DNA of 60,029 nucleotides from Deltaproteobacteria bacterium (GTDB lineage Bacteria > Desulfobacterota > Desulfarculia > Adiutricales > JAFDHD01), in assembly GCA_019306365.1 (NCBI GenBank), contig JAFDLS010000001.1, positions 1 through 60,029 of the forward strand, read 5' to 3'. Both the position numbers and the translations under genes were made by a program. How positions within the stretch are numbered: the stretch's first letter is position 1; the number at the start of each line of letters is the position of its first letter. Below the pieces are notes generated by a model. It did no database searches, had not been told where the DNA came from, and worked only from the letters and a program-made list of their open reading frames with translations. This document shows, piece by piece, positions 27,127 through 38,100 of this stretch.

Positions 27127-27816
27127 ATGACTATTGAATTAGTTCTTTTCCGTCTGACTGTCGCCGCCGCATTGGGGCTGATTATTGGATATGAGCGCGA
27201 AGTCCGTGGCCGGCCCGCCGGCCTCCGGACAAACATAGTGGTTACGCTCAGCTCCTGCCTTCTCATGATCCTCTCATTGGAACTCGCCTCATTGTTTGAT
27301 AACTTTGACCAAGAAAGTATAATCCGGGCGGATCCCGGCCGAATCGCATCTTACGCGGTAGCTGGAATAGGCTTTTTGGGCGCGGGAGCTATCATTAAGG
27401 GCCAGGGCGCGGTGCGAGGCTTGACCACAGCCGCCAGCCTCTGGGCCAGTAACGCGGTTGGCCTGGCTGTAGGCGCCGGTTTTATTTTACCAGCGGTACT
27501 TACCGCTGGTTTGATTCTTCTGACCTTGCTTCCGATGCGATGGGTGACACGTTACGTCCCCAAAGGTTTGGATATCAGAATCGTTTTGGATTTTAATTCA
27601 TGCGCGGATAAAATGCCGGAAATAAGAACATTATTTAGTAATTTCAAAATTGAAATCGAGGACTTCGACTTCGATTGCAGATATTCACATCAATCATCGA
27701 GCTATGAGGTCAGGATTCATCTTAAATACAGCCAATCCTGGGCCGAGGTGCTGACCGCGTTACGTCAATTGGAAGGTCTGACAAGAATACGCTGGAATGA
27801 AGGATATCTGGCCTAG
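27127..27816 (+). CDS. MgtC/SapB family membrane protein
   Basis: 229 aa. LGLIIGYEREVRGRPAGLRTN is the MgtC signature, followed by a soluble C-terminal domain. Confidence 0.8.
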   Translation: MTIELVLFRLTVAAALGLIIGYEREVRGRPAGLRTNIVVTLSSCLLMILSLELASLFDNFDQESIIRADPGRIASYAVAGIGFLGAGAIIKGQGAVRGLTTAASLWASNAVGLAVGAGFILPAVLTAGLILLTLLPMRWVTRYVPKGLDIRIVLDFNSCADKMPEIRTLFSNFKIEIEDFDFDCRYSHQSSSYEVRIHLKYSQSWAEVLTALRQLEGLTRIRWNEGYLA

Positions 27817-27851
27817 GTGTTCTAAACAGCCTTGATGCCCCAAGAGACTAA

Positions 27852-28021
27852 AAGCCATCTCAAAAAAGCTTGTTTACCCTAACTCATGAACTCCGCTTCG
27901 CTCTCGCTACAGCGGCATACGTCGTACGAAAATATAGGTCCTCGAAATATTAAACATATTCCTGCGGGTCTAATTTTCTTTCTCCGCGATTTAGACCAAA
28001 ACACTAATTTTGAGATGGCTT
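27852..28021 (+). mobile_element. MITE-A2, a variant subfamily (170 bp)
   Basis: The core from AACTCATGA to CCGCGATTT is homologous to MITE-A, but the termini differ (AAGCCATCTCAAAA / TTTTGAGATGGCTT). It is flanked by direct CTAA/CTAA. Confidence 0.75.
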
Positions 28022-28087
28022 CTAATCTAATTCATTTTAATCCGGTTTGATAAAAACAAAACTTAAAGGAAAGACTACTTAAAAGCC

Positions 28088-28765
28088 ATGGATCTGATCA
28101 TCAAATCTGCGGCGGATTTAAGATACCTGCTGGATAAAGGTTATTCCAGAGCCGGGGCCTTGACATTTGTTGGGAACCGCTACCAGTTGAGCCGCGCTGA
28201 GCGCGAGCTCCTGAACAGGGGCGTATATCCCGATTCTATCGCCAGCGCCCGGCGGGCAAAATTGGTTCGGCCTGAACAGGTAACCGGGCGGCCATTGGGT
28301 ATTGACGGTTATAATGTTCTTATCACCTTGGAAAGCGCTTATTTGGGCCGGGATATAATCGCCGCCGATGACGGTCTTATCAGGGATACGGCCGGTCTTC
28401 ACTCCTCTTACCGCCAGAGTGAAGCCACAGCTCAGGCTTTGAAATTGATACTTAATTTTCTCAAACTGAATTCACCCGAATCGACCCTTTTCCTGCTGGA
28501 CGCGCCCATGAGTTACAGCGGTGAACTGGCCTCTCGGATCACCTCCGCTTTGGCCGGTCAAAAACTGCCTGGCCAGGCCAGAGCCGTGCCCGTTCCGGAA
28601 AAAAAACTTTACAACTTTGCCGGTCTTGTAGCGACCAGCGATTCGGTCGTGATTGATAATGTGATTGAACCTTTTGATCTCGCCGGTCACCTCATTAAAA
28701 CACGTCTGCCTGATGTAAAAATTAAAACTCTGCGCGGCGGTGACACTCGAAAGGGGAACCCTTAA
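28088..28765 (+). CDS. DUF434-type protein with a C-terminal PIN/NYN-like region (recalled family, not verified)
   Basis: 225 aa. The N-terminal DLRYLLDKGYSRAGALTFVGNRYQLSRAER pattern matches my recollection of DUF434. No search was possible. Confidence 0.45.
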   Translation: MDLIIKSAADLRYLLDKGYSRAGALTFVGNRYQLSRAERELLNRGVYPDSIASARRAKLVRPEQVTGRPLGIDGYNVLITLESAYLGRDIIAADDGLIRDTAGLHSSYRQSEATAQALKLILNFLKLNSPESTLFLLDAPMSYSGELASRITSALAGQKLPGQARAVPVPEKKLYNFAGLVATSDSVVIDNVIEPFDLAGHLIKTRLPDVKIKTLRGGDTRKGNP

Positions 28766-28779
28766 GGAAAGTAAATAAA

Positions 28780-29754
28780 ATGACAATTGCCTATGGGATA
28801 TTTTCAGGAGGTCTGGACAGCCTTCTTGCAGCGAGGATTCTTGTGGATCAAGACATAGAGGTTCGTCTGCTTACTTTTGTCACACCTTTCTTCAGCGCAA
28901 AACGGGCCAAAATTTCCAGCCAGCAGATAGGGCTCACAACCAGACCGGTGGAAATCACCCAATCTCATCTCAATATGCTTGAAAACCCGAAACATGGATA
29001 TGGGCGTTTCATGAACCCCTGTATCGACTGCCATGCCTTGATGTTCAATCATGCCGGAAGAATTATGGAAGAGGAAGAAGGCGACTTTCTCTTCTCCGGT
29101 GAGGTGCTGGGTCAGCGTCCCAAGTCTCAGATAGCCTGGGCCATGAAGCTGGTAGCGCGAGAATCTGGATACGCGGACTACATCTTAAGGCCGCTTTCCT
29201 CCTTGAAGCTTCCCCCCACAAAAATGGAGCTGGCTGGTCTGGTGGATCGAGACAGACTGCTCGGTCTGTCCGGACGCTCGCGCAAGCCTCAAATGGAACT
29301 GGCCGCTAAATTTAAAATCAAGGATTACCCTTCCCCGGCCGGAGGCTGTCTGCTTACTGACCCGATTTTTTCGAACCGCCTCAAGGAGTTCATGTCCCGC
29401 ACAAAACAATTAAGCCATCAGGATGTAAAAATCCTCAAGTGGGGACGTCACTTTCGGTTACCGGGCGGCAGTAAGCTTGTAGTTGGCCGAAATGAAAAGG
29501 AAAACGAGATAATTTCAAAACTATCTAAACCCGGGGATTTTATCCTGGAGACGGTAAATATTCCCGGGCCCACGGTGATCATGTCTGGAAGCGATCCGTC
29601 GGACCTGGAACTGGCCGCCTCAATAACTGTTTCCTACGGTGATTCCGAGCCTGATCAGCTTTATAAGGTTATTCTGACATCTGATGACGGTAAGAAGTGT
29701 CTAGAAGCTGTGCGGCAGGCAAAAGAGGTTTTTGCTCACCTTATGATTATATAA
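28780..29754 (+). CDS. PP-loop ATP pyrophosphatase (ThiI/MnmA-like tRNA thiolation family)
   Basis: 324 aa with PP-loop FSGGLDS near the N-terminus and an NPCIDCH cysteine pair. Confidence 0.6.
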   Translation: MTIAYGIFSGGLDSLLAARILVDQDIEVRLLTFVTPFFSAKRAKISSQQIGLTTRPVEITQSHLNMLENPKHGYGRFMNPCIDCHALMFNHAGRIMEEEEGDFLFSGEVLGQRPKSQIAWAMKLVARESGYADYILRPLSSLKLPPTKMELAGLVDRDRLLGLSGRSRKPQMELAAKFKIKDYPSPAGGCLLTDPIFSNRLKEFMSRTKQLSHQDVKILKWGRHFRLPGGSKLVVGRNEKENEIISKLSKPGDFILETVNIPGPTVIMSGSDPSDLELAASITVSYGDSEPDQLYKVILTSDDGKKCLEAVRQAKEVFAHLMII

Positions 29755-29773
29755 CCCTTGGTGAGCCACTTAA

Positions 29774-30382
29774 TTATACGTCCAGTACGGAGAGCTTTTC
29801 AGTCAGTTTTATGAACGTTTCTATATCCTCTTTAAACTGCTGAAAATATTTCTCACGCGGCAGGTCACCCGCCCGGTCGTAAACGATTAATTCAGATGTT
29901 TCCAGGATTTGGTTCAGAAGGGTCTTCATGTCTTTTGAGGCCGCCCGCGCCATTTCCAGCGCGCCCATGATCCGCTCTTTTTCTATCTCCACCTCACAGA
30001 GCATCTTCAGCCTGGTATGATTCCGAATCCGTATCAGAAGTTCCTCCTCATCAAAAGGCTTTGTTAAAAAATCATCCGCGCCCAGATCAAGGCAGTGTAA
30101 ACGAGTTTCCCTGTTAACCTGACTCCCTGTCAGCATTACTACCGGTATTCGCGTGGAATTTTCATCCTGCTTGATTTTCTTCATGGTTTCAAGCCCGTCA
30201 ATACCCGACATACTGATGTCCAGCAAAATAAGATCTGGAGGATCGGCCGCGATCCTGGTCAAAGCTTCCCCCCCATCATCTACGATGTCTACACGGTAAT
30301 CGTATTTTGCTAAAATATCGCCTAAAAAGTTAGTTGTAAATGGATCGTCACCCACCACCATTATTTTTGCATCTGAAATCAT
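29774..30382 (-). CDS. response regulator with a receiver domain and a helical C-terminal extension
   Basis: 202 aa with receiver motifs (MVVGDD, LLDISMSGIDGLE, KPF). No recognisable output domain. Confidence 0.75.
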   Translation of the reverse strand: MISDAKIMVVGDDPFTTNFLGDILAKYDYRVDIVDDGGEALTRIAADPPDLILLDISMSGIDGLETMKKIKQDENSTRIPVVMLTGSQVNRETRLHCLDLGADDFLTKPFDEEELLIRIRNHTRLKMLCEVEIEKERIMGALEMARAASKDMKTLLNQILETSELIVYDRAGDLPREKYFQQFKEDIETFIKLTEKLSVLDV

Positions 30383-30676
30383 CCGTTCCTCACTTAAGTT
30401 TAGATATTAAAGATCGAAATCAAAACTGAAGAGAACTTCCGGTAACTCCGGCCCTTCTAAACTGCTGGGCTTAGTTTATATCCGCCAAACTCAAGGTTCA
30501 ACGGTGAGTTATCATGTCTGTCAAATATTGAATAACGAGCTCACTTTATATATTAGCTCAAAATCAAATACTTTAAAAGACAAAAGCCTTCAATAATACC
30601 CACCCTTTCACGTCATTTTCAAAATTATGCGCTCACCCCACTTGAGAATTGGATCTTAATGCCTAAAATATAGGTT

Positions 30677-30817
30677 GAGATCTCTGCAAAACTTCGCCCT
30701 TTAGCTGACCTCTTTGTCAGGCTCAAATTTAAGTCCTCGAAATATTAAACATATTCCTGCGGGTTAAATTTTCACCTTCCGCGATTTCAACAAAATTACC
30801 GGTTTTGCAGAGGCCTC
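30677..30817 (+). mobile_element. MITE-A copy 6 (141 bp, internal hairpin module replaced)
   Basis: TIRs GAGATCTCTGCAAAAC / GTTTTGCAGAGGCCTC with flanks AGGTT/AGGTA. It is 32 bp shorter than the 173 bp form. Confidence 0.8.
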
Positions 30818-30883
30818 AGGTAATCTAATCGATTAGGGTAGAGATAAGAGCAACCGGCCAAAATTTATAAATTCGCCAAAATA

Positions 30884-30926
30884 ATTTACTTGGCAATCAA
30901 ACGGAACGCAATTCTGACAATTACTG
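30884..30926 (+). repeat. repeat module C, copy 1
   Basis: ATTTACTTGGCAATCAAACGGAACGCAATTCTGACAATTACTG aligns with 39837-39879. Confidence 0.5.
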
Positions 30927-31112
30927 AAATTGGTCAGAAACCGTGTATCGAGGGGATCTATCTTTTCAAAAGCTCGGGCCTGGCGGGATTTTTCCTGAAT
31001 AGCGAGTGCGTAAAAAACGACTGAAAGGCTTCCTCAAAATGTTTTCAAGAAAAGTGTAATTAATCACCAAGAAAGCCCTTGCCAAGCTCCATGTCTTTTG
31101 CTAATAAAGACC

Positions 31113-32054
31113 ATGACTCTTCCTATTTTAGCAGCCATAGATATCGGCTCGAATACAATCCGCCTTCTTGTTGCCTCACCGATGCGCAATGGTTTTAAAC
31201 GTCACCTGATTCAGCAAAAAGTAACGCGTTTGGGAGAAGGCCTCGAGCCGGGAGAACCACTTTCTCCGGGGGCTGTGACGAACACTATCGAAGTTCTTCG
31301 AGATTTTCAGAAAAAGGCCCTGGCGTCAGGCGCGCATGTTATTCTTGCCGGCGCCACCAGCGCTGTACGAGAGGCAAAGGGTGGTCAGGATTTTATGAGC
31401 CGGGTCAGTGATGAACTGGGGTTGGAGACACTGATCCTCACGGGAAAACAGGAAGCGGACCTGGCCGCCGCCGGGGTTATCAGCGCCCTGCCCTCCGTTT
31501 CGAACGAAGCCCTGATTTTTGACCTCGGAGGCCGGAGCACTGAATTTATAGCCACGGAGGACGGGCATGTTTTAACCTCGATCAGCCTAAGCCTGGGGGC
31601 GGTAGCCCTAACAGAGTCATTTCTCACCCTTGACCCACCCGCCTTAAGGCAGTTAAAAGCTTTGCAGGACGAAGTGGCAAAGGTTTTGGACCAGGGCCTG
31701 ACGCAAATGCTCAAAAAGGTCAAACCCAAAATCCTTATAGGAACGGCTGGCACTGTAACCACCCTGGTTGCCATGGTTAAAAAATTAACGGTTTACCAAC
31801 CGGGATTAGTGCACAACCGCTGTCTCACCAGACAGGACCTGGAAGACCTTTTCAAGCGCCTAAGCGCGCTTAAAGCGGCTGAACGTGCTTCAATCCCAGG
31901 CCTCCCTGAAGATCGGGCTGATATTATCGTGGCTGGCACGGGAGTTGTACTGGAGATAATGAAATATATTAAAACTGATCAATTGACAGTCAGCGACGCG
32001 GGCCTGCTGGAAGGACTCTGGCTCGTGGCCGCTGGTCAGAGGAGGATTGCATGA
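31113..32054 (+). CDS. Ppx/GppA family phosphatase (short form)
   Basis: [20 protein letters not shown] is the typical Ppx/GppA N-terminus, with DLGGRSTE as the second phosphate loop. The ATG at 31113 is preferred over the tracked TTG at 31098. Confidence 0.8.
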   Translation: MTLPILAAIDIGSNTIRLLVASPMRNGFKRHLIQQKVTRLGEGLEPGEPLSPGAVTNTIEVLRDFQKKALASGAHVILAGATSAVREAKGGQDFMSRVSDELGLETLILTGKQEADLAAAGVISALPSVSNEALIFDLGGRSTEFIATEDGHVLTSISLSLGAVALTESFLTLDPPALRQLKALQDEVAKVLDQGLTQMLKKVKPKILIGTAGTVTTLVAMVKKLTVYQPGLVHNRCLTRQDLEDLFKRLSALKAAERASIPGLPEDRADIIVAGTGVVLEIMKYIKTDQLTVSDAGLLEGLWLVAAGQRRIA

Positions 32055-33523
32055 ATGAGAATCGTATTTGGACTGTTGGCTTGACTTTTGATGACCTGCT
32101 TCTGGTACCGGCATCTTCAGAAGTCCTGCCAACCGAGGTGGACGTATCCACTAAATTGACTGAGGAAATCAGACTTAAAATTCCGCTGGTCAGCGCGGCC
32201 ATGGATACTGTTACCGAGGCTGAGACCGCGATAACCATGGCCCGCCAGGGAGGGCTGGGCGTTCTCCACCGGAATATGAGCATTAAAAAACAAGTGATCG
32301 AGGTGGAAAAGGTAAAGAAGTCAGAAAGTGGAATGATCGTTGAGCCGGTCACGGTTGAACCGGAACAGAAGGTCTACGAAGTTCTTGAAATCATGAAAAA
32401 ATATCGTATTTCAGGAGTTCCGGTCGTTAAGGGTGAGGAACTCCGGGGGATCGTCACCAACCGGGATCTGCGCTTTGAGACTAATTTCGATCACCCTGTG
32501 TCTGATGTTATGACTAAAAAGAACCTCATCACCGCACCTGAGGGGATCACTTTAGAAGAGTCCAAGGTTCTGCTGCAGGAGCACCGTATTGAAAAGCTTC
32601 TTGTAACAGATGACCAGGGCCGTCTCAAGGGTCTGATCACCATAAAGGATATTGAGAAAGTTAAAAAGTATCCTGACGCTTCCAAGGATTCCATAGGCCG
32701 GCTGCGTGTTGGCGCCGCCATTGGAATCAAGGAAGGATACCTTGAATGGGTTGAAGCCCTTATTGGAGAGCAGGTTGACGTGATCGTAGTTGATTCCGCG
32801 CATGGTCAATCAATGGGGGTTATTGAGGCTGTAAGAAACATTAAGACAACGTTCAAGGATATACAGCTCATCGCCGGTAACGTGGCCACCCCCGAAGGGG
32901 TTGAGGCCCTGATTGAAGCGGGAGCGGATGGCGTCAAGGTCGGAGTGGGACCCGGTTCCATCTGCACCACCCGCGTGGTGGCCGGAGTTGGAGTGCCGCA
33001 GATGACGGCCATTATGGCTTGCGCGAAAATCGCCGCAAAGAAAGGTATTCCCCTCCTGGCCGATGGTGGTATAAAGTTTTCCGGGGACGTGGTTAAAGCC
33101 CTTGCCGGAGGCGCTCACGCCGTCATGATCGGGGGGCTATTCGCCGGTACTGATGAGAGTCCCGGTGAAATGGTCTTGTACCAGGGCCGTACCTATAAGG
33201 TTTACCGGGCCATGGGATCAATCGAAGCCATGCGCGAAGGCTCACGCGACCGGTACTTTCAGGAAGAAGCCCTTTCAGAATCCAAACTCGTACCAGAAGG
33301 TATTGTGGGCAGAGTGCCCTATCGCGGATCACTGTCTGACAACGTCTATCAACTCATCGGCGGGCTGAGAGCTGGTATGGGCTATGTTGGCTGCTCCAAT
33401 ATCGAGGAACTCAGAACCAAACCGATCTTCACCCGTATCACATCAGCCGGACTCAAAGAAAGCCACGTGCATGATGTCATTATCACCAAGGAAGCGCCTA
33501 ACTACCGGCTGGATCAATTTTAA
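32051..33523 (+). CDS. guaB: IMP dehydrogenase
   Basis: 490 aa with a CBS pair insert and the catalytic loop [11 protein letters not shown]. The start overlaps the ppx stop (ATGA). Confidence 0.95.
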   Translation: MNENRIWTVGLTFDDLLLVPASSEVLPTEVDVSTKLTEEIRLKIPLVSAAMDTVTEAETAITMARQGGLGVLHRNMSIKKQVIEVEKVKKSESGMIVEPVTVEPEQKVYEVLEIMKKYRISGVPVVKGEELRGIVTNRDLRFETNFDHPVSDVMTKKNLITAPEGITLEESKVLLQEHRIEKLLVTDDQGRLKGLITIKDIEKVKKYPDASKDSIGRLRVGAAIGIKEGYLEWVEALIGEQVDVIVVDSAHGQSMGVIEAVRNIKTTFKDIQLIAGNVATPEGVEALIEAGADGVKVGVGPGSICTTRVVAGVGVPQMTAIMACAKIAAKKGIPLLADGGIKFSGDVVKALAGGAHAVMIGGLFAGTDESPGEMVLYQGRTYKVYRAMGSIEAMREGSRDRYFQEEALSESKLVPEGIVGRVPYRGSLSDNVYQLIGGLRAGMGYVGCSNIEELRTKPIFTRITSAGLKESHVHDVIITKEAPNYRLDQF

Positions 33524-33589
33524 CCACACCGACTGAATAACTCAGATGCTGTTGGTTTTAGAAAAAATGAATCTGGAGATCAGATATTA

Positions 33590-35152
33590 ATGGGTGAGGA
33601 TATACATAAAAATAAAATCATCATTCTAGACTTCGGCTCCCAGTACACTCAGCTCATCGCCCGCCGGGTGCGGGGGCTAAAAGTCTATTCGGAGATCCAT
33701 CCCTGTACGCTCAGCATGGACCAGCTCAGGTCCATGTCTCCCGGCGGGATCATCCTTTCCGGCGGTCCGTCTTCGGTAAACCTGCCAGACGCTCCCATGA
33801 TCGCGCGCGAAGTTTTTGAAATGGGCGCGCCCGTGCTGGGGATCTGTTACGGAATGCAGCTCATGACCCATATCCTGGGAGGTGAAGTAGCGCCTTCAGG
33901 TCAACGGGAATACGGCCCGGCTGAGCTTATTATTGACGAGGACACAGGGATTTTTTCAGGGCTGAAAAATGACGAAGGCATTTTGGACGTTTGGATGAGC
34001 CATGGAGACCGCATTGAAAAGCTCCCTGCAGGTTTCAAATCGATCGCTCACAGCCAGAATTCTCCTGTTGCAGCGATGCGAGACAATGAAGGGCGGTTGA
34101 TCGGTGTACAGTTTCATCCGGAGGTTTACCATACACCCAAGGGTCAGGATATTATAGCTAATTTCCTTTTCCGCATCTGCGAGCTTGAACCAACTTGGAC
34201 CATGGCCAATTTCATCGAATCGGCCGTTTCCGCGATTCAAGCCAGAGTGGGAGACGACCGGGTTATTTGCGCCCTGTCCGGCGGTGTTGACTCCTCCGTG
34301 GTGGCGGCGCTCCTGCACCGGGCCATTGCTGATAAATTCACGGCCATTTTCGTGGACAACGGCCTGCTCAGAAAAAATGAGGCTCAGGATGTTGTCAATC
34401 TTTTTAAAGAACGCTTCCAGAAAAACCTGATCGTAATCGATGCCGCCGAAACGTTCCTGCAAAAACTTAAAGGGGTTGAGGACCCGGAGGAAAAGCGTAT
34501 AATCATTGGACATGAGTTTATCAGGATATTTGAAACGGAGGCTGAAAAACTGGGAGATGTAAATTTTCTGGCCCAAGGGACCCTTTACCCGGACGTGATC
34601 GAATCGATTTCTTTCAAGGGACCGTCGGCCACCATCAAATCGCACCACAATGTCGGCGGACTGCCCGAAACCATGGATCTCGAGTTGATCGAACCCTTAT
34701 CAGAACTTTTCAAGGACGAGGTTCGAGAATTGGGCACAGTCCTGGGATTGCCTGAAGAAATGGTATACCGGCAACCTTTCCCCGGGCCGGGTCTGGCCGT
34801 CCGTATACTCGGGGAAGCGACCCCGGAAAGGATTAGGGTTCTTCAGGAAGCCGACGCTGTTGTGCGGGAAGAAATAGAGAGAAATCTTGAACTCGCCCGA
34901 TCAATCTGGCAATATTTCGCCGTACTTCTACCTGTCAAAACCGTGGGCGTCATGGGTGATGAACGCACATATGAGAACGTGGCAGGCCTCAGGATTGTTG
35001 ACAGCGTGGACGCCATGACCGCAGACTGGACCAGGCTGCCTTATGACATCTTAGCCGTGATTTCCAATCGAATCATAAACGAGGTCAAGGGTATTAATCG
35101 AGTAGTCTTAGACGTCTCCTCCAAGCCCCCGAGTACTATAGAGTGGGAGTAA
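33590..35152 (+). CDS. guaA: glutamine-hydrolysing GMP synthase
   Basis: 520 aa with a GATase domain (GICYGMQ), PP-loop SGGVDSS and the C-terminal IEWE. Confidence 0.95.
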   Translation: MGEDIHKNKIIILDFGSQYTQLIARRVRGLKVYSEIHPCTLSMDQLRSMSPGGIILSGGPSSVNLPDAPMIAREVFEMGAPVLGICYGMQLMTHILGGEVAPSGQREYGPAELIIDEDTGIFSGLKNDEGILDVWMSHGDRIEKLPAGFKSIAHSQNSPVAAMRDNEGRLIGVQFHPEVYHTPKGQDIIANFLFRICELEPTWTMANFIESAVSAIQARVGDDRVICALSGGVDSSVVAALLHRAIADKFTAIFVDNGLLRKNEAQDVVNLFKERFQKNLIVIDAAETFLQKLKGVEDPEEKRIIIGHEFIRIFETEAEKLGDVNFLAQGTLYPDVIESISFKGPSATIKSHHNVGGLPETMDLELIEPLSELFKDEVRELGTVLGLPEEMVYRQPFPGPGLAVRILGEATPERIRVLQEADAVVREEIERNLELARSIWQYFAVLLPVKTVGVMGDERTYENVAGLRIVDSVDAMTADWTRLPYDILAVISNRIINEVKGINRVVLDVSSKPPSTIEWE

Positions 35153-35154
35153 TC

Positions 35155-38100
35155 ATGAGTTCCTTCATCCACCTTCACGTTCATACCGCTTACAGCCTTC
35201 TGGACGGCGCTATAAGAATCGACGATTTAATAGCCAGGACCAAAGAATTCGGCATGAACGCCGTTTCTATTACCGACCATGGCAATATGTTCGGTGTGTT
35301 GAATTTCTATGAAAAAGCGTACCAGGCAGAAATCAAACCCATAATCGGGTGCGAAGTATATGTGACTCCTCTTGATCGTCACCGCCGGGAACAAAGAGAC
35401 CCCAGGTACCATTTAGTGCTTCTGGCCAGGAATTACCAGGGTTATAAGAATCTGGTACGCCTGGTTACTATCGCTAACCTGGAAGGATTTTATTACAAGC
35501 CGCGTGTGGATTTCGAGGTTCTTAGAAAATATAACAAAGGCCTGATCGCCCTATCAGCCTGTCTTCAGGGTCAGGTGCCCAATTTAATCCTTTCCGGCCA
35601 GGAGGAAAAGGCCTTAAGGGCGGCCCAGGATCTGGCTCAAATCTTTGAAGACCGCTTTTATCTCGAACTTCAAAAAAGGCCCAGCCCTGATCAGGAAATC
35701 GCCAACAAGGGCCTGTGCCGCATTGCGGGAGAGCTTGATCTGCCTCTGGTGGCAACCAATGACTGTCATTACCTGCGCAGGGAGGACGCCAAAGCCCACG
35801 ATATTCTGCTCTGCATTCAAACCGGCAAGACAGTTGAAGATCGGGATCGAATGAGCTTTGACAGTGAGGAGTACTACTTCAAATCCCCGGACGAAATGGC
35901 TGATCTTTTTGCAGACTTCCCGGAAGCCCTGGCCAATACCCAGCGGATCGCCGACGAGTGCAACCTGGAGATTCACAAGGGAGGATATCATTTTCCAATT
36001 TTCCCTGTAAACGAGGGCGAGGACCTGGAAACCCTTCTCAGAAAGAAAGCGGAGTTAGGACTTAAAAAACGTATCGAATACCTTCGCCAAACCCGCCCTC
36101 TGGATGAAGCGGAAGAAAAAAAGTACCATGATCGATTGCAAATGGAGCTAGAAATTATCATCCGAATGAAATTCCCCGGATACTTCCTAATCGTCGCTGA
36201 CTTCATTAATTATGCCCGGGAAAACAATGTACCTGTCGGGCCCGGCCGGGGTTCAGCGGCTGGGAGCCTGGTAGCTTATTCGCTCGGCATCACCGATATC
36301 GACCCCTTGCCATATGGTTTGCTTTTTGAACGCTTTCTTAATGTCGAACGTGTTTCCATGCCTGATATCGATATCGATTTTTGTAAGAACGGGCGGGAGA
36401 AAGTTATTCAGTACGTCTCTGAAAAATATGGCGGTCCCCAAAACGTGGCCCAGATAATTACCTTCGGCCAAATGCAGGCCAGAGCCGTAATTAGGGACGT
36501 TGGCCGGGCCATGGGTATGCCTTATGGTGAGGTGGACCGCATCGCGAAGCTCATCCCGAACAGGCTGAACATTACCCTGGCCGAAGCGGTAAAGGACCCA
36601 AAGCTCAAAGAAGTCATCCAGCAGGAAAATCGTGTAGCCCAGCTCATCGAGATCGCCCGATCATTGGAGGGTTTACCCCGGCACGCTTCAACGCACGCCG
36701 CCGGGTTGGTTATTAGCGATCGTCCCCTGGTGGAATACCTGCCGCTTTACTGCGTCGCCTCGAATCACGGGGAAAACCAGGACAAGATCGTGGTCACCCA
36801 ATTCGACATGCACGGCGTTGAAAAAATAGGGCTGGTTAAATTTGACTTTTTGGGTCTTAAAACCCTTACCATCATCGATTATACCCTGGAAATGCTCAAG
36901 GCCCGTGGTATCAATCTTGACATATCAAGCCTGGATATGGATGACCAGCTCACCTATGATCTCCTCTGCAGTGGTGATACCACCGGTATATTCCAGCTTG
37001 AAAGTTCCGGCATGAGAGATCTTATAGTTAAGCTTCGCCCCAATTGTTTCGAGGATGTTATCGCCCTGGTAGCAATTTACCGGCCCGGTCCTTTGGAGAG
37101 CGGTATGGTGAATAGTTTCATCGCCGGCAAGCACGGTCAAGTTGAGGTTGAATACGAACTGCAAGAGCTTGAACCCATCCTTAAAAGCACCTACGGCGTT
37201 ATCCTTTACCAGGAACAGGTCATGCAAATTGCCAGCAGTCTGGCCAACTACACTCTTGGAGAAGCTGACCTGCTTCGGAGAGCCATGGGTAAAAAGAAAC
37301 CAAAGGAGATGGAATGGCAGCGAGGCCGCTTCATGGAGGGAATCAAGGCTAATGGCATTGATCCCAAGAAAGGTACAAAAATATTCGACCTCATGGCCAA
37401 ATTCGCCGGGTATGGTTTTAACAAATCTCACAGTGCCGCTTACGCGCTTATCGCCTTTCAAACAGCGTATTTAAAGGCGCACTATCCTCTGGAATTCATG
37501 GCCGCCCTGTTAAACAATGAAGTTAACAATACAGATAAATTAAGTCGGTTGATTAGTGAGTGTAAGGCGAAAAATCTTGTCATCCTGCCTCCGGACATAA
37601 ACCAGAGTGATTTAAATTTCACGGTAAATGAAGGAAAAATCCGTTTCGGGTTGGCCGCCATAAAAGGGTTGGGCCAGGCGGCGATCGAGGCCATTATCGA
37701 AGCCAGGGCTGAAGGCCCTTTTAAGGATCTTTTCGATACCTGTCAACGGGTAGATCTCAGGAAGGTAAACCGGAAGGTGTTCGAAACACTGATCAAATGC
37801 GGAGCCTTTGATTCTACCGGCGTTAAAAGATCCCAAATGGCCGCCTTGCAGGATGAAGCCCTGGAGCAAGGGGCCAGGGTTCAAAGGGATCGGGAGTCCG
37901 GACAAACTAACCTCTTTGACACCATTGAATCCGGGGTAGAGGAGATTCCGATTCGCTGGCCGGATGTACCGGAATGGCGGGAAACTCAGCGCCTGAGCTA
38001 TGAAAAGGAGGCCTTGAATTTTTACATCAGCGGACACCCGCTGGATCGATTTGAGAAGGAACTGGCCGCCTTAACCAACACCGACACCCAGCGGATTCAG

